Shown here: positions 8,373 to 17,325 of the stretch, piece by piece
Position numbering within the stretch: position 1 is the first letter of the stretch
How the letters are laid out: every line of letters begins with the position of its first letter
Virus record (IMG/VR): IMGVR_UViG_3300023092_000001
Location: 6,825 to 70,824 of that record
From: a virus
Lineage: Duplodnaviria > Caudoviricetes
Reading direction: 5' to 3' (one strand)
Length of the DNA stretch: 64,000 nucleotides
The notes under the pieces: generated by a model
Seen by the model: the letters and a program-made list of their open reading frames with translations, nothing else
What the model was told of the DNA's origin: nothing
The model's database searches: none
Position numbers and translations under genes: made by a program

Positions 8373-9499
8373 GCAGCTTACTTTTAATCCTCCCCCTCAG
8401 CCATTCCGACGCCGAACTCGCGCAGTCCAAGGTCGATCTCTTCCTGAAGTTCGGCCCCTATCCAGGCCACCATCTGACCATCATGCCCACGGACTCGGTG
8501 CCTGTGACAGTGGCGAACGACATGAAGGCCAAGCTCTCAGTGGCATTCGACAGCGTGGAGGTTGAGCCTATCGTTACCCAGCAGAAGTCCTGGCCTGCGG
8601 GGCCAAACGAGACCTTCCAGCTTGCGGCTAAGTACGCGGTGAAGCGCGGCCTGCCTTGGTGGTTTTTTGAGGCTGACATCGACCCCGTTGCTCCACAGTG
8701 GCTGCAAAAGTGTGCGGCAGAGTTCGAGGCTGAGCGTAAAGGCTACTGGGGCCGCATCGTCCCCACACGAGTCGTTACCAAGACCCCAGACGGCCAAATG
8801 GAGTACGGGACCGAGGGTAAGCACATGGTCGGCTGCGGGATCTACCCGCCGCAATACGGGACTGCCTCCGTGTCGCTGCCAAACCTGAATGTACGCTACA
8901 TTTGGGCGCAAAGTGAGCCTCTAAGGCCCTTTGACATCCAATTGGCAGAAGAAGTCATCCACTGGGCGCATCCCACCGAACTCCTCCAGCACAACTTCAA
9001 AACAGTGAATTACCGTGTCGAAGATGGTCAGATCGTGTGTGACAACATGGACGGTAATCCACCTCACGCCAGCCACGCCAAGCCAATTGATTCACGCGCA
9101 GTTGTAGTTCATGGTTGCAAAGACGGCAGCCTTGCGCGACTCATCCTTTCTGGGCTTGTTCTCCCAGAAACACCCCGTTTTACCGCCAGCAGTGAGGCGG
9201 CTTCGCCAGGGGGAAATGGCGAAGTTTCCTCATCCTCGCGGCCCGCCGAGGTTCACGGCAGCGGGCCTCCTTCACCTCCAGTAGAGGAAGAGGCTAAGGC
9301 TCCGGCCAAGACTCCAGCGCCCAGTTTCCTCGCCTTCAAGGTCCACACCCTACTCAAAGACGGGAAGGCTCGCCGGGTGAAGAACATTGCTGCCGAGCTT
9401 CAGATTCCCGAGGAAGAGATTAGAGCCTCCATTGAGGCGGAGGGGTCTGGACTTGAGATCACCGTCCCTCAGTGGGTTAGGTTTGTTAATGCCAGCTAA
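8369..9499 (+). CDS. Glycosyltransferase-like (GT-A) protein with Pro/Ser linker and C-terminal winged-helix-like domain
   Basis: WWFFEADID (DxD-like), HMVGCGIYP, LLQH, VVVHGCKD; low-complexity linker then a small helical domain. Assignment weak. Confidence 0.4.
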   Translation: MSSLLLILPLSHSDAELAQSKVDLFLKFGPYPGHHLTIMPTDSVPVTVANDMKAKLSVAFDSVEVEPIVTQQKSWPAGPNETFQLAAKYAVKRGLPWWFFEADIDPVAPQWLQKCAAEFEAERKGYWGRIVPTRVVTKTPDGQMEYGTEGKHMVGCGIYPPQYGTASVSLPNLNVRYIWAQSEPLRPFDIQLAEEVIHWAHPTELLQHNFKTVNYRVEDGQIVCDNMDGNPPHASHAKPIDSRAVVVHGCKDGSLARLILSGLVLPETPRFTASSEAASPGGNGEVSSSSRPAEVHGSGPPSPPVEEEAKAPAKTPAPSFLAFKVHTLLKDGKARRVKNIAAELQIPEEEIRASIEAEGSGLEITVPQWVRFVNAS

Positions 9500-9568
9500 C
9501 ACATGCTCATATGCGCATACGTGAATATCCATAGCGCGCCTCGCCGAGAAAGACTATAATCGCCCGCC

Positions 9569-11896
9569 ATGCCCAACCTAGAAACTCCCCTCTCTGGCCT
9601 GCCTGCTCCTTATGTGAATGAGGAGGGGACTCGCGTATTGGATACACGGGTGAAGGATGTGGATGGATTACGCAGCCTGTACGTTAGGTTGCGTGATGCG
9701 GACTTGGTCTCAAACGCTGAGATGGCAAAGCATCAGGCGATGTTTGACGGCGAGCGTCCATTCCCACAAGCTCAGCGCGTCGCCACGGGTCAGGCGTATC
9801 TCTCCAACTTCAATCCTAACGACTGCAAAGCCCTGCTCGACACATCACTGGCCGCCTACACTGACCTCATTTCCGCTGACGAGACGCTGATTGAGATTTA
9901 CACGAACTACGGGGACAAGACCCAGCGAGACGAGTGGAGTCAGATTATGAGCAAAAACATGAGCCGGTCTATTCGCTCATGGCCCCGGTTCTTCTTCCAA
10001 TACGCTTTCATCCCGCATTACTTCACCCTCCACGGGGTCGGAATCGCCTACCACGAGGATTGTTACAACTGGCAATGGGCGGTCTCCAACTTGGCTTTGA
10101 TGAAGATCCCCAGGGAGACTCGTGCTTGCGAGGATGACATCCCGTATGCTTTTGCCCGAGACAAGGCGACACCTCAAAGCCTGCTCAAGTACATCAATAA
10201 CGAGCAATATGCCAAGGATGAGGGTTGGAACATTCCGGCCCTCAAGAAGGCTCTCCTCAAAGTTACCACCAGCAGCATGGACGGCTATCTCAACTGGACC
10301 GAACTAGAGGCACGCTGGAAGAATAACGATTTGGTGTGGAGCGAGCAGTGCCCATCGGTTAAGATCATCTATGGCTGGGTAAAGGAGAACAACGGCAAGA
10401 TCTCCATCTACATCTTCACCGAGGACCAACTCAAAACCAATGGTGAGCCCGAAGAGTTTCTGTGCGTCAAACGCTTTGCCTACAACAATGCCCAAGAGGC
10501 GTTCACGTTCTTTACTCGTGGGATTGGCACCAACGGCACCTACCACTCCATCCGAGGGTTGGCGGCAGACATCTACAACGCCATGCAAGCGCTTATGCGC
10601 TTGGAAAACCGCAAGATGGACATCGCTTTCGAGAGTGGCCCTATGTGGCAGGTGGCGAGTGAGGAGCAGATCGAGACTGCGACTCTGACTCCTTGGGGTG
10701 CTGGCATGTTGATCAGCCAAGGCGTCGCTCCTCTGAGTATGACGATGCCTCTGCTCAATAATACCATTGAGCCAGCGGTCAATTCTCTACGCAACACGAT
10801 CCAGCAGAACAGCGGAACCTACACCTCAGCAAACGCCCTTCAGGGCCAGCGCGAGATGACGAAGGCCGAGACCCTCGCTCGTCTAGAGCAGACGGCCAAT
10901 CTTTCCGTTACCTCCATTAACCTCTTCAACCAGCCGATGGACCGTCTAGCTCGCGAGATTGCGCGCCGGTTTACTCGCAAGGGCTACATGCGCTCCGATC
11001 CTGGGGGCCAGTATGTGCGTGACTGGGTGAAGGACTGCATAGAAGAAGGGGTGCCAGAGGAGGCTTTGCACAACATCAACCATCGACGTACCCGTGCTGC
11101 CCGCGTGATCGGTTTTGGCTCTCCTGCCGCCCGTCGTGTGGCGCTACAGCTTATGATGGAGCTTTATCCGATGATGGATGACGTGGGCCAAGCTCGCCTC
11201 CTTAATAAGGTGGCAGGCGCTACTGTGGGCTTTGAGGAGGCGAACATCTACTTCCCCCCTGGCGAGAAGCGCGAGACCTACGATGCACAGATCGCCGAAC
11301 TGCAAAACAACGAATTGGTTCGTGGCGGAGAGTGCGAAGTTAGCCCAAGTGAGAACAAGCGTGTCCACTTGGATGTTCATATCGCCAAGATGAAGGAATT
11401 CATCGGTGCATTTAGTGAGGCTGGGGAGAATCCTGAGATGTATGCGGAAATCGTTCCTCCTTTGGGCAGTCTCTACAACCATGCGGCCATGACTCTAGAG
11501 GTCTACACAGGCAACGATGCGGGTCAGTATCGCCAAGCGCTCCAACAGGTGGGCGAAATCCTAGTTAATGGCACGCGCCACCTCCAGAAGCAACAGGAGG
11601 CCGAGGCTGAGGCGATGGCACAGATGCCACCTGAAGAAGGTATGCAAGGCGTATCCCCAGAGCAACAGAAGGCGGAACACGAGGACTACACGAAGAACTT
11701 GGAGCTTCAGCGCAGTGTGATTGAGTTCCAAACTCGTATGCGCATCATGGAGGAAGAATCTCAGGCCAAGATAGCTCGTGATGCGGCTGACGCAGCGGCT
11801 AAGCGTGCTCGTGACGACGTGGATGCTGCGGCCAAGTTATTGCGCGAGACTGCCTCTGTGCAAGCAAGAGCCGCAACTAAAAGTTCGATTGTATGA
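9569..11896 (+). CDS. Portal protein
   Basis: 775-aa largely helical protein directly upstream of scaffold and capsid, with a Q/E/A-rich coiled-coil tail; TATAAT 8 nt upstream. Call rests on synteny, size and composition. Confidence 0.75.
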   Translation: MPNLETPLSGLPAPYVNEEGTRVLDTRVKDVDGLRSLYVRLRDADLVSNAEMAKHQAMFDGERPFPQAQRVATGQAYLSNFNPNDCKALLDTSLAAYTDLISADETLIEIYTNYGDKTQRDEWSQIMSKNMSRSIRSWPRFFFQYAFIPHYFTLHGVGIAYHEDCYNWQWAVSNLALMKIPRETRACEDDIPYAFARDKATPQSLLKYINNEQYAKDEGWNIPALKKALLKVTTSSMDGYLNWTELEARWKNNDLVWSEQCPSVKIIYGWVKENNGKISIYIFTEDQLKTNGEPEEFLCVKRFAYNNAQEAFTFFTRGIGTNGTYHSIRGLAADIYNAMQALMRLENRKMDIAFESGPMWQVASEEQIETATLTPWGAGMLISQGVAPLSMTMPLLNNTIEPAVNSLRNTIQQNSGTYTSANALQGQREMTKAETLARLEQTANLSVTSINLFNQPMDRLAREIARRFTRKGYMRSDPGGQYVRDWVKDCIEEGVPEEALHNINHRRTRAARVIGFGSPAARRVALQLMMELYPMMDDVGQARLLNKVAGATVGFEEANIYFPPGEKRETYDAQIAELQNNELVRGGECEVSPSENKRVHLDVHIAKMKEFIGAFSEAGENPEMYAEIVPPLGSLYNHAAMTLEVYTGNDAGQYRQALQQVGEILVNGTRHLQKQQEAEAEAMAQMPPEEGMQGVSPEQQKAEHEDYTKNLELQRSVIEFQTRMRIMEEESQAKIARDAADAAAKRARDDVDAAAKLLRETASVQARAATKSSIV

Positions 11897-12234
11897 CCAA
11901 ACTGGAAGAACTACTTAGAGACTGGAATTCCTCGGAGGACTGTAACGCCCTTCAGCAGGTTATGGCATTGCCTGTGATGCAAAAGGCTCTAGCCATCGTC
12001 GCGGAGGATGCTAAGCCAAGCGCCCCCAAGAACAACGCCTGGATTAAGGGAATGCCCGCAAATGACGCTCAGTTCCATCTTGCTCGGATCTTCGATATGC
12101 AGACAGGCATCCAATCGGCTTTAGACCGCCTGCGCGGCTTGACGCAAAGAGTTCTGCCGACAGCCCCAATCCCCGACCAAGCCCCCTACGCTCACATCAA
12201 ACCCAGTTACCTTGAGGGAGAATCCGCTGAATAA
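11893..12234 (+). CDS. Hypothetical head-module protein
   Basis: Translationally coupled between portal and scaffold. Confidence 0.6.
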   Translation: MTKLEELLRDWNSSEDCNALQQVMALPVMQKALAIVAEDAKPSAPKNNAWIKGMPANDAQFHLARIFDMQTGIQSALDRLRGLTQRVLPTAPIPDQAPYAHIKPSYLEGESAE

Positions 12235-12236
12235 TT

Positions 12237-13340
12237 ATGGAAGACCAAGCCCCACAACTGCCCATTTCGGCAGAATACACTGAGCCCACAGCTCCTAGTG
12301 CTAGCAACATGGTGGCAGCCTTTGCTGCCATGGAACAGAAGCCAGCGGAGACCCCTCCCGCCGAGAAACCAGCGGAAACCACGCCTCCTCCCGCTGATGT
12401 TGGAAATACCGAAACGCCACCCGCTGAGGAAACAAAGCCCGAGCGCGCCAAGTGGGGTGAGTTGAAGTCCAAGGCTCAGGAGCGCGACGAGTTGGTGACG
12501 ACCAAGATTCCTGAATACGAGCGTAAGATCGCGGAGCTTGAGCAAAAGGCGTCCCAGGTCGTGGATACGACCAAGTACGATGAGCAGATCCGCAATCTGG
12601 AGAAGGAGAAAGCGAAGTACGAAGAGATTGTGGCGGTAAAAGCAGTGGAGGAATCGCAACAATTCCAAGACACCGTCATCAAGCCTCTGCGTGATATTGC
12701 AGCAAAAACGGCTCACATCGCCCAAGCTTACGGACTTGCGCCTGCCGACCTCCAATCTGCCATGCAGATCACGGACCCAGCGGCCCAAATGCAGCGCCTC
12801 AACGAGCTGATGGTGGACTTTGATGGAGCCCACAAGGCCAAGATTTGGGAGATGTCCGAGAAGTCGCAAGAACATCTGGCTAAGGCTTGGGACATGCAAC
12901 AAAACGCCATGGAGACCAAGAAAGAGTTGGATTTCCTAGCTCAGCAAGAGCGCCAAAAGGTGGAGCAAGAGCGTTCCCAGAAGCTATCCGTGAGTCAAAA
13001 GGCGGTGCAAGACCAATTTCTCAAGACGCTTCCCGATGTGTTTAGAGATGATGCGATCAAGCAACAGGTTTTCGCGGCCCAGATTACAGACGATCCCGTG
13101 ATGGCGACCTATAACGCCTATGCGGGTCAAGCTCTGGCGGTTGTGGTCAAGGATAGCCGAGCCAAGGATGCAGAGATCGCCCGCCTCAAGGGTGAGTTGG
13201 CCGAACGGGCCTCTGTCGCTGCCAAGATGGGGGGAGCCTCTCAGCAACAAGGAGCTTCCCCTGCCAATCCGCTTCCTGCGGGCGACAGTATGTTTGCCCG
13301 AGCTCAAGCGATGGGTGTGCCTATGGCATCGGCTCGATAA
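12237..13340 (+). CDS. Capsid scaffolding protein
   Basis: Pro/Glu-rich N-terminus, long coiled coil, short C-terminal motif; located between portal and capsid. Confidence 0.7.
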   Translation: MEDQAPQLPISAEYTEPTAPSASNMVAAFAAMEQKPAETPPAEKPAETTPPPADVGNTETPPAEETKPERAKWGELKSKAQERDELVTTKIPEYERKIAELEQKASQVVDTTKYDEQIRNLEKEKAKYEEIVAVKAVEESQQFQDTVIKPLRDIAAKTAHIAQAYGLAPADLQSAMQITDPAAQMQRLNELMVDFDGAHKAKIWEMSEKSQEHLAKAWDMQQNAMETKKELDFLAQQERQKVEQERSQKLSVSQKAVQDQFLKTLPDVFRDDAIKQQVFAAQITDDPVMATYNAYAGQALAVVVKDSRAKDAEIARLKGELAERASVAAKMGGASQQQGASPANPLPAGDSMFARAQAMGVPMASAR

Positions 13341-13355
13341 AGCATAAAAAGGATG

Positions 13356-13395
13356 TTGACGTTGAAGCTCTAATGGTCATACTCACCATTAGAGC
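13356..13395 (+). promoter_or_regulatory. Capsid promoter overlapped by an 11-bp inverted repeat
   Basis: TTGACG(13356)-N16-CATACT(13378). GCTCTAATGGT(13367-13377) and ACCATTAGAGC(13385-13395) form a perfect IR whose 7-nt spacer contains the -10. Confidence 0.65.
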
Positions 13396-13564
13396 GAAAA
13401 TCCTGTTACTCATTTCAGGTGTCGGATAGCTCTCCGACAAAGCAAAGGTGAGGCACTAGAGCTAAACATCGCTGATTCCTAGCTCGGGATTGGAAAGACT
13501 GCTGGAGTCCACACGGACAACCTTCTGGCAGAAGCAACTTTTCAACTTTTCATTGCCTCCTTTT

Positions 13565-14755
13565 ATGGCGCTTCCCGACTGTACCATCATCAACAATCTC
13601 TTTGAGATTGAAGCTAATCGCATCTCCAGCCAAACCTCCCAAAAGAATTGGGTGGGCTCGCCGTGGGACACTAACATGATCGTCCCCAAGACTGACTGGG
13701 AAGACGGCATGGGTGAATCTCCCAACTTCCTGATCTTCGACCGTGTCACGCCTCTTAATGGGCCGATCACTGTTGAGCCTGTGACCTTCAACAACGGTCA
13801 GCAATCCATTCCTGGCGGCACTTGTAACCCTCCTACTGCGGTTCTCTATGAGTCCACTCGCCGCCTCTCGATGGTTCTCAATGTGGGCGCGGTCGAATCC
13901 CGTCCGTTCTGCGTTTGGGATGGCCGGATGAGTTGGGACTTGGCAAAACAGGCTGAAAATGTCCTGCGCCAGATGCAGAGCAACATCCGCTTTGCCTGGA
14001 GTAACTTCCGTCGTGACGAATTCACCCGCATCGTTTCCAACAAGGCTGTGGCTGATGCGGCAATGACCACGAATGCTTCCACCTTCGGGACCAGCACTTC
14101 GATTGGTCAGCTTCAGCGTGAGATGCTCGACTACTGGCGCTACCGCCTGATTAATGATGGCGCGGACATCGATAACTCGATGGTGAGCGACGAATACGGC
14201 CAGCCTGTGCTGCCGCTGATTCTCTCGCCAGAGGCCCAGATGCAGTTGGTCAACAATGGCGTCACCATCCAGAACATCCGCTGGGACTCCGAGAAGGTGA
14301 AGCGTCTCAACAGCGCCCCTGGTGCTTTTGATAGCCTCAACGGCTTCAAGATGCAGATCGACTATCAGGCCCCTCGCTGGAACTTGGTTGGCGGCACATG
14401 GGTTCGCGTTCCATTCTACTCGACTGTCACGACTGCGGGCGACCCTGCGGTGGTTAACCCCGCCTACCAGACCGCCAACTATGAAGACCTCTTCATAGCC
14501 TCCAATAAGGTTGTGAAGTTCGCGATTCCGAAGTCCCAACTCAGCGCTGGCCCTATGAGCTTCCCTGCTCAGGATTACCTGGGCAATGTTCACTGGATCA
14601 ACGAGTACGACCTTCAGTGCAACAAGGACCGCAACATCGGCTACTTCCGCGCTCTTCTGAGCTACGGAGCACAGCCTGTGATTCCTGAATACGGCGTCAC
14701 CCTGCGCTTCCGTCGCTGCCCGCTCAACTGGACGGTGGACACCACCTGCTCCTAA
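13565..14755 (+). CDS. Major capsid protein
   Basis: 396 aa from ATG 13565, after the scaffold, with its own promoter and a downstream hairpin; composition consistent with HK97-fold coats. No motif-level proof. Confidence 0.75.
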   Translation: MALPDCTIINNLFEIEANRISSQTSQKNWVGSPWDTNMIVPKTDWEDGMGESPNFLIFDRVTPLNGPITVEPVTFNNGQQSIPGGTCNPPTAVLYESTRRLSMVLNVGAVESRPFCVWDGRMSWDLAKQAENVLRQMQSNIRFAWSNFRRDEFTRIVSNKAVADAAMTTNASTFGTSTSIGQLQREMLDYWRYRLINDGADIDNSMVSDEYGQPVLPLILSPEAQMQLVNNGVTIQNIRWDSEKVKRLNSAPGAFDSLNGFKMQIDYQAPRWNLVGGTWVRVPFYSTVTTAGDPAVVNPAYQTANYEDLFIASNKVVKFAIPKSQLSAGPMSFPAQDYLGNVHWINEYDLQCNKDRNIGYFRALLSYGAQPVIPEYGVTLRFRRCPLNWTVDTTCS

Positions 14756-14776
14756 TCCCTAACCCTCAAGACTTGG

Positions 14777-14809
14777 GCGGGGTTGTGGTTCTTTGTGACC
14801 CAACCCCGC
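14777..14809 (+). terminator. Stem-loop after capsid gene (weak terminator or processing/stability hairpin)
   Basis: GCGGGGTTG / CAACCCCGC 9-bp stem; only a short T-rich tail (TCTTG). Confidence 0.5.
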
Positions 14810-14824
14810 TCTTGCTAGATACCC

Positions 14825-15061
14825 ATGAAGATCACAATTCCACAGGGGTTTGAAATTCCGCTGGATGCCGACGAGGAGGGCATCTTTCAGGTTGTCGCCA
14901 CCTTCAAAGACAACGGCGACGGCACTATTAATCTCATTGAGGTAGATGGGGCTGAAATCGAAGGCGATGATGATGAAGAGGAAGAAGAGGTGGTGGTGGC
15001 TAAGGCCGCTCCCAGTCTATTCCAAAGAGCCCAAGCGGCAGGTGTGCCGATGAAAGGATAA
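14825..15061 (+). CDS. Small acidic protein carrying a scaffold-like C-terminal motif
   Basis: DDDEEEEE tract; ends SLFQRAQAAGVPMKG, matching the scaffold end SMFARAQAMGVPMASAR. Confidence 0.65.
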   Translation: MKITIPQGFEIPLDADEEGIFQVVATFKDNGDGTINLIEVDGAEIEGDDDEEEEEVVVAKAAPSLFQRAQAAGVPMKG

Positions 15062-15065
15062 ATCT

Positions 15066-15638
15066 ATGCCAGACGACTTTTTCATGCTCCATGTGGGCAG
15101 TCCATCCCGCCAAAACGGCAGTCCCATCAAGCTTGCTGCGACGCGAGATCCAGCGACAGATATTTACTCCCTATCCACCTCAGGAGGAGGGGGTGGTGGA
15201 GGTGGGCAGGCGGGCACAGTGATTGTTGACGCCTCAGCGCCTAATGACTTCACGCCAGGACAAGCAGCAGTTCTCCAAGCTGACGAAAGTGGAGCGCTTT
15301 TAGTCAATCAGTGCAAGCTCACGAGGGTTGACGACAAGGTTTCCGCTGACCCAAATCAGTACGCTACGGTCAGCACCGCAACCCCTGTAACAGCAGATGG
15401 CTCTGTATTCACTCTGGCCGCTGGCGAAAAGGGGTTCATCCAAAACCTGACTACTACCGCTCTATACGTTAAGTTTGGCGCTTCGGCCTCCAGTTCATCT
15501 TTTAACTTTGTGCTCAAGGGCGGAACAGCCACAGATGACGGGTTGGGCGGTAGCCGTGAAATCAATGATTGGATCGGCGTCGTGTCAATTGCCAAAGCCT
15601 CTGGCTCCACCAGAGCCATTGCTTACAAACTATCTTAA
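15066..15638 (+). CDS. Virion structural/decoration protein candidate
   Basis: Poly-Gly linker and beta-rich C-terminal domain (LYVKFGASASSSSFNFVL); structural module context. Confidence 0.5.
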   Translation: MPDDFFMLHVGSPSRQNGSPIKLAATRDPATDIYSLSTSGGGGGGGGQAGTVIVDASAPNDFTPGQAAVLQADESGALLVNQCKLTRVDDKVSADPNQYATVSTATPVTADGSVFTLAAGEKGFIQNLTTTALYVKFGASASSSSFNFVLKGGTATDDGLGGSREINDWIGVVSIAKASGSTRAIAYKLS

Positions 15639-15650
15639 AACTCATCTCCC

Positions 15651-15890
15651 GTGAGTGACCTTTCCCAACCATCGAACCCTATGCCCACATTGTATGGCTT
15701 AGGATCTCCACCTGGGAGTTTGGGCGCACCCGGCCAAACTTACATGGATAACAATAACGGTAAAATCTACAAAAAGACCGGGGATTCATCTTGGGCTTTT
15801 GTGGGCCAATGTGCGTCCTCGGTAACAGATACCGATGTTGGATTCATTGGACCTGATGGAATTGAACGTTTCGCGCCTCTTTCAGCATGA
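15651..15890 (+). CDS. Small fibre-associated protein
   Basis: G.G.P.G..G.PG.TYMD..NGKIYKK pattern, commonly seen at fibre N-termini. Confidence 0.45.
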   Translation: MSDLSQPSNPMPTLYGLGSPPGSLGAPGQTYMDNNNGKIYKKTGDSSWAFVGQCASSVTDTDVGFIGPDGIERFAPLSA

Positions 15891-16774
15891 AGATCATCTT
15901 CCTTATACTATTTATCGCCTCCACCGCTTGTGCGCAGTCGGTCGGGGATTGGCGCGTGCCGGTATGGAATAATCCGCCCACCACTACTACCCAGCAAAAC
16001 TTTAGAGGAGCAAATTTGTCTGCGTTGGCAGCAGCAACGCCCGCTTCAAGCTCCTTCTTTGGTAAGGACGCGAGCGGCAACTGGGGATTCTTCCCCACAG
16101 CCGCTTTCATTGGACCCCAGGGCGTCCAAGGGGCATCTGGAGCCACCGGGCCACAAGGCTTAACGGGTGCGAATGGAGCGCAAGGAACCCAAGGAGCAAC
16201 TGGCTCTCAGGGCCCACAAGGAATCCAGGGGCCAAAAGGTGATACTGGAGAAGCTGGTCCTCAAGGAGTGGCTGGCACTAGCGGCTCCCAAGGCCCTCAG
16301 GGAGTTAAGGGTGATACTGGCAATACCGGCTCGACTGGGGCTGTTGGCGCTCAGGGAATCCAAGGCATTCAAGGCGCTACTGGGGCCACGGGCGCAACTG
16401 GCGCTACAGGATCATCAGGCAGCAACGGGACTAACGGGACTAATGGCACCTCTTTTAATGTATCGTCGCCCAGCTCATGGTCATCGGTTACTATAGGTAC
16501 AGCCTTCCAGCCAAACCCAACGGGACCGTGCCTACTGTATATCAAGGCCGCTAATTCCTCCGTAGTTGGATTGGTGGTAACAGCCAAAATAACATGGTGT
16601 GCAACCCAGAATGGCACTTACGCAGATGGGCCTGAATGCTCGTTAACCACGATCCTCGGGCTCCTCAGTCCTGTTGACACCATGACATATGCCGTCCCAA
16701 GTGGGGTTTGGATAAAGATTACTGCCACGGCAGGTGGGACAACAACTGTGACCAAGCAAGTAACTAGCTTATGA
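15887..16774 (+). CDS. Collagen-like protein with N-terminal signal-peptide-like sequence
   Basis: 38 uninterrupted Gly-X-Y triplets (16112-16453); N-terminus [17 protein letters not shown]; beta-rich C-terminal domain. Confidence 0.85.
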   Translation: MKIIFLILFIASTACAQSVGDWRVPVWNNPPTTTTQQNFRGANLSALAAATPASSSFFGKDASGNWGFFPTAAFIGPQGVQGASGATGPQGLTGANGAQGTQGATGSQGPQGIQGPKGDTGEAGPQGVAGTSGSQGPQGVKGDTGNTGSTGAVGAQGIQGIQGATGATGATGATGSSGSNGTNGTNGTSFNVSSPSSWSSVTIGTAFQPNPTGPCLLYIKAANSSVVGLVVTAKITWCATQNGTYADGPECSLTTILGLLSPVDTMTYAVPSGVWIKITATAGGTTTVTKQVTSL

Positions 16775-17325
16775 GCGGACAGGAAACAGACGAGATTCAG
16801 CACCTGAGTACATCCGTTGCCCGACAAGAGCAGCGCCTATCTGGTGTTGAGAACGCTGTTGCGAGCATGGCTGCGGATTTTAAATCGTTTACCCAGAGCT
16901 TTAACACATCCAGGGAAACGAATTGGCCCATGCTGATCTCCATCGCTGGGTTGGTTTTGGTTATCATAGGAGGATTGTGGCAAATCGTTGATCTTAAAAG
17001 CCAAGTTGCCCTGTCTCCAATCCAGGCTCAGAACGCTATATCGGTCATCGAGCGTGGCGAGTTGAGGCGCGAGATTTCAGGTCACTCAGGCCTTATTTCC
17101 GATGAGATTTCACACCGGAAAGAGGCTCTTTCTGCTTTGCAGCAGCAATTGGTAGAAGCGGAGACCCAACACAGGACGAGGGACATTGTCGGGGCTAAGG
17201 ATTACGAAAACGTCATGAGTCATATACGAGTACTTTATGCCTCTATGAAGTTGCCAACACCTGACTCCCCAAGTTTTCACCCATCCATCGGCAGAGAGAT
17301 CTCCACGCCCATACCAAATAACTAA
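16771..17325 (+). CDS. Single-TM coiled-coil protein, paralog of 436..969
   Basis: Shares TNWPM.IS..G.....G.W.I.DLKSQ and NAIS with 436..969. Confidence 0.65.
   Translation: MSGQETDEIQHLSTSVARQEQRLSGVENAVASMAADFKSFTQSFNTSRETNWPMLISIAGLVLVIIGGLWQIVDLKSQVALSPIQAQNAISVIERGELRREISGHSGLISDEISHRKEALSALQQQLVEAETQHRTRDIVGAKDYENVMSHIRVLYASMKLPTPDSPSFHPSIGREISTPIPNN

Noticed and set aside
13550-14593. 347-aa antisense ORF over the capsid gene
   Set aside because: Typical shadow ORF from codon bias in a highly expressed GC-rich gene; no motifs.
16112-16453. Periodic DNA in the collagen region as a tandem repeat or CRISPR array
   Set aside because: The periodicity is 9 nt, from Gly-X-Y coding with varied codons; there are no constant repeats with unique spacers.
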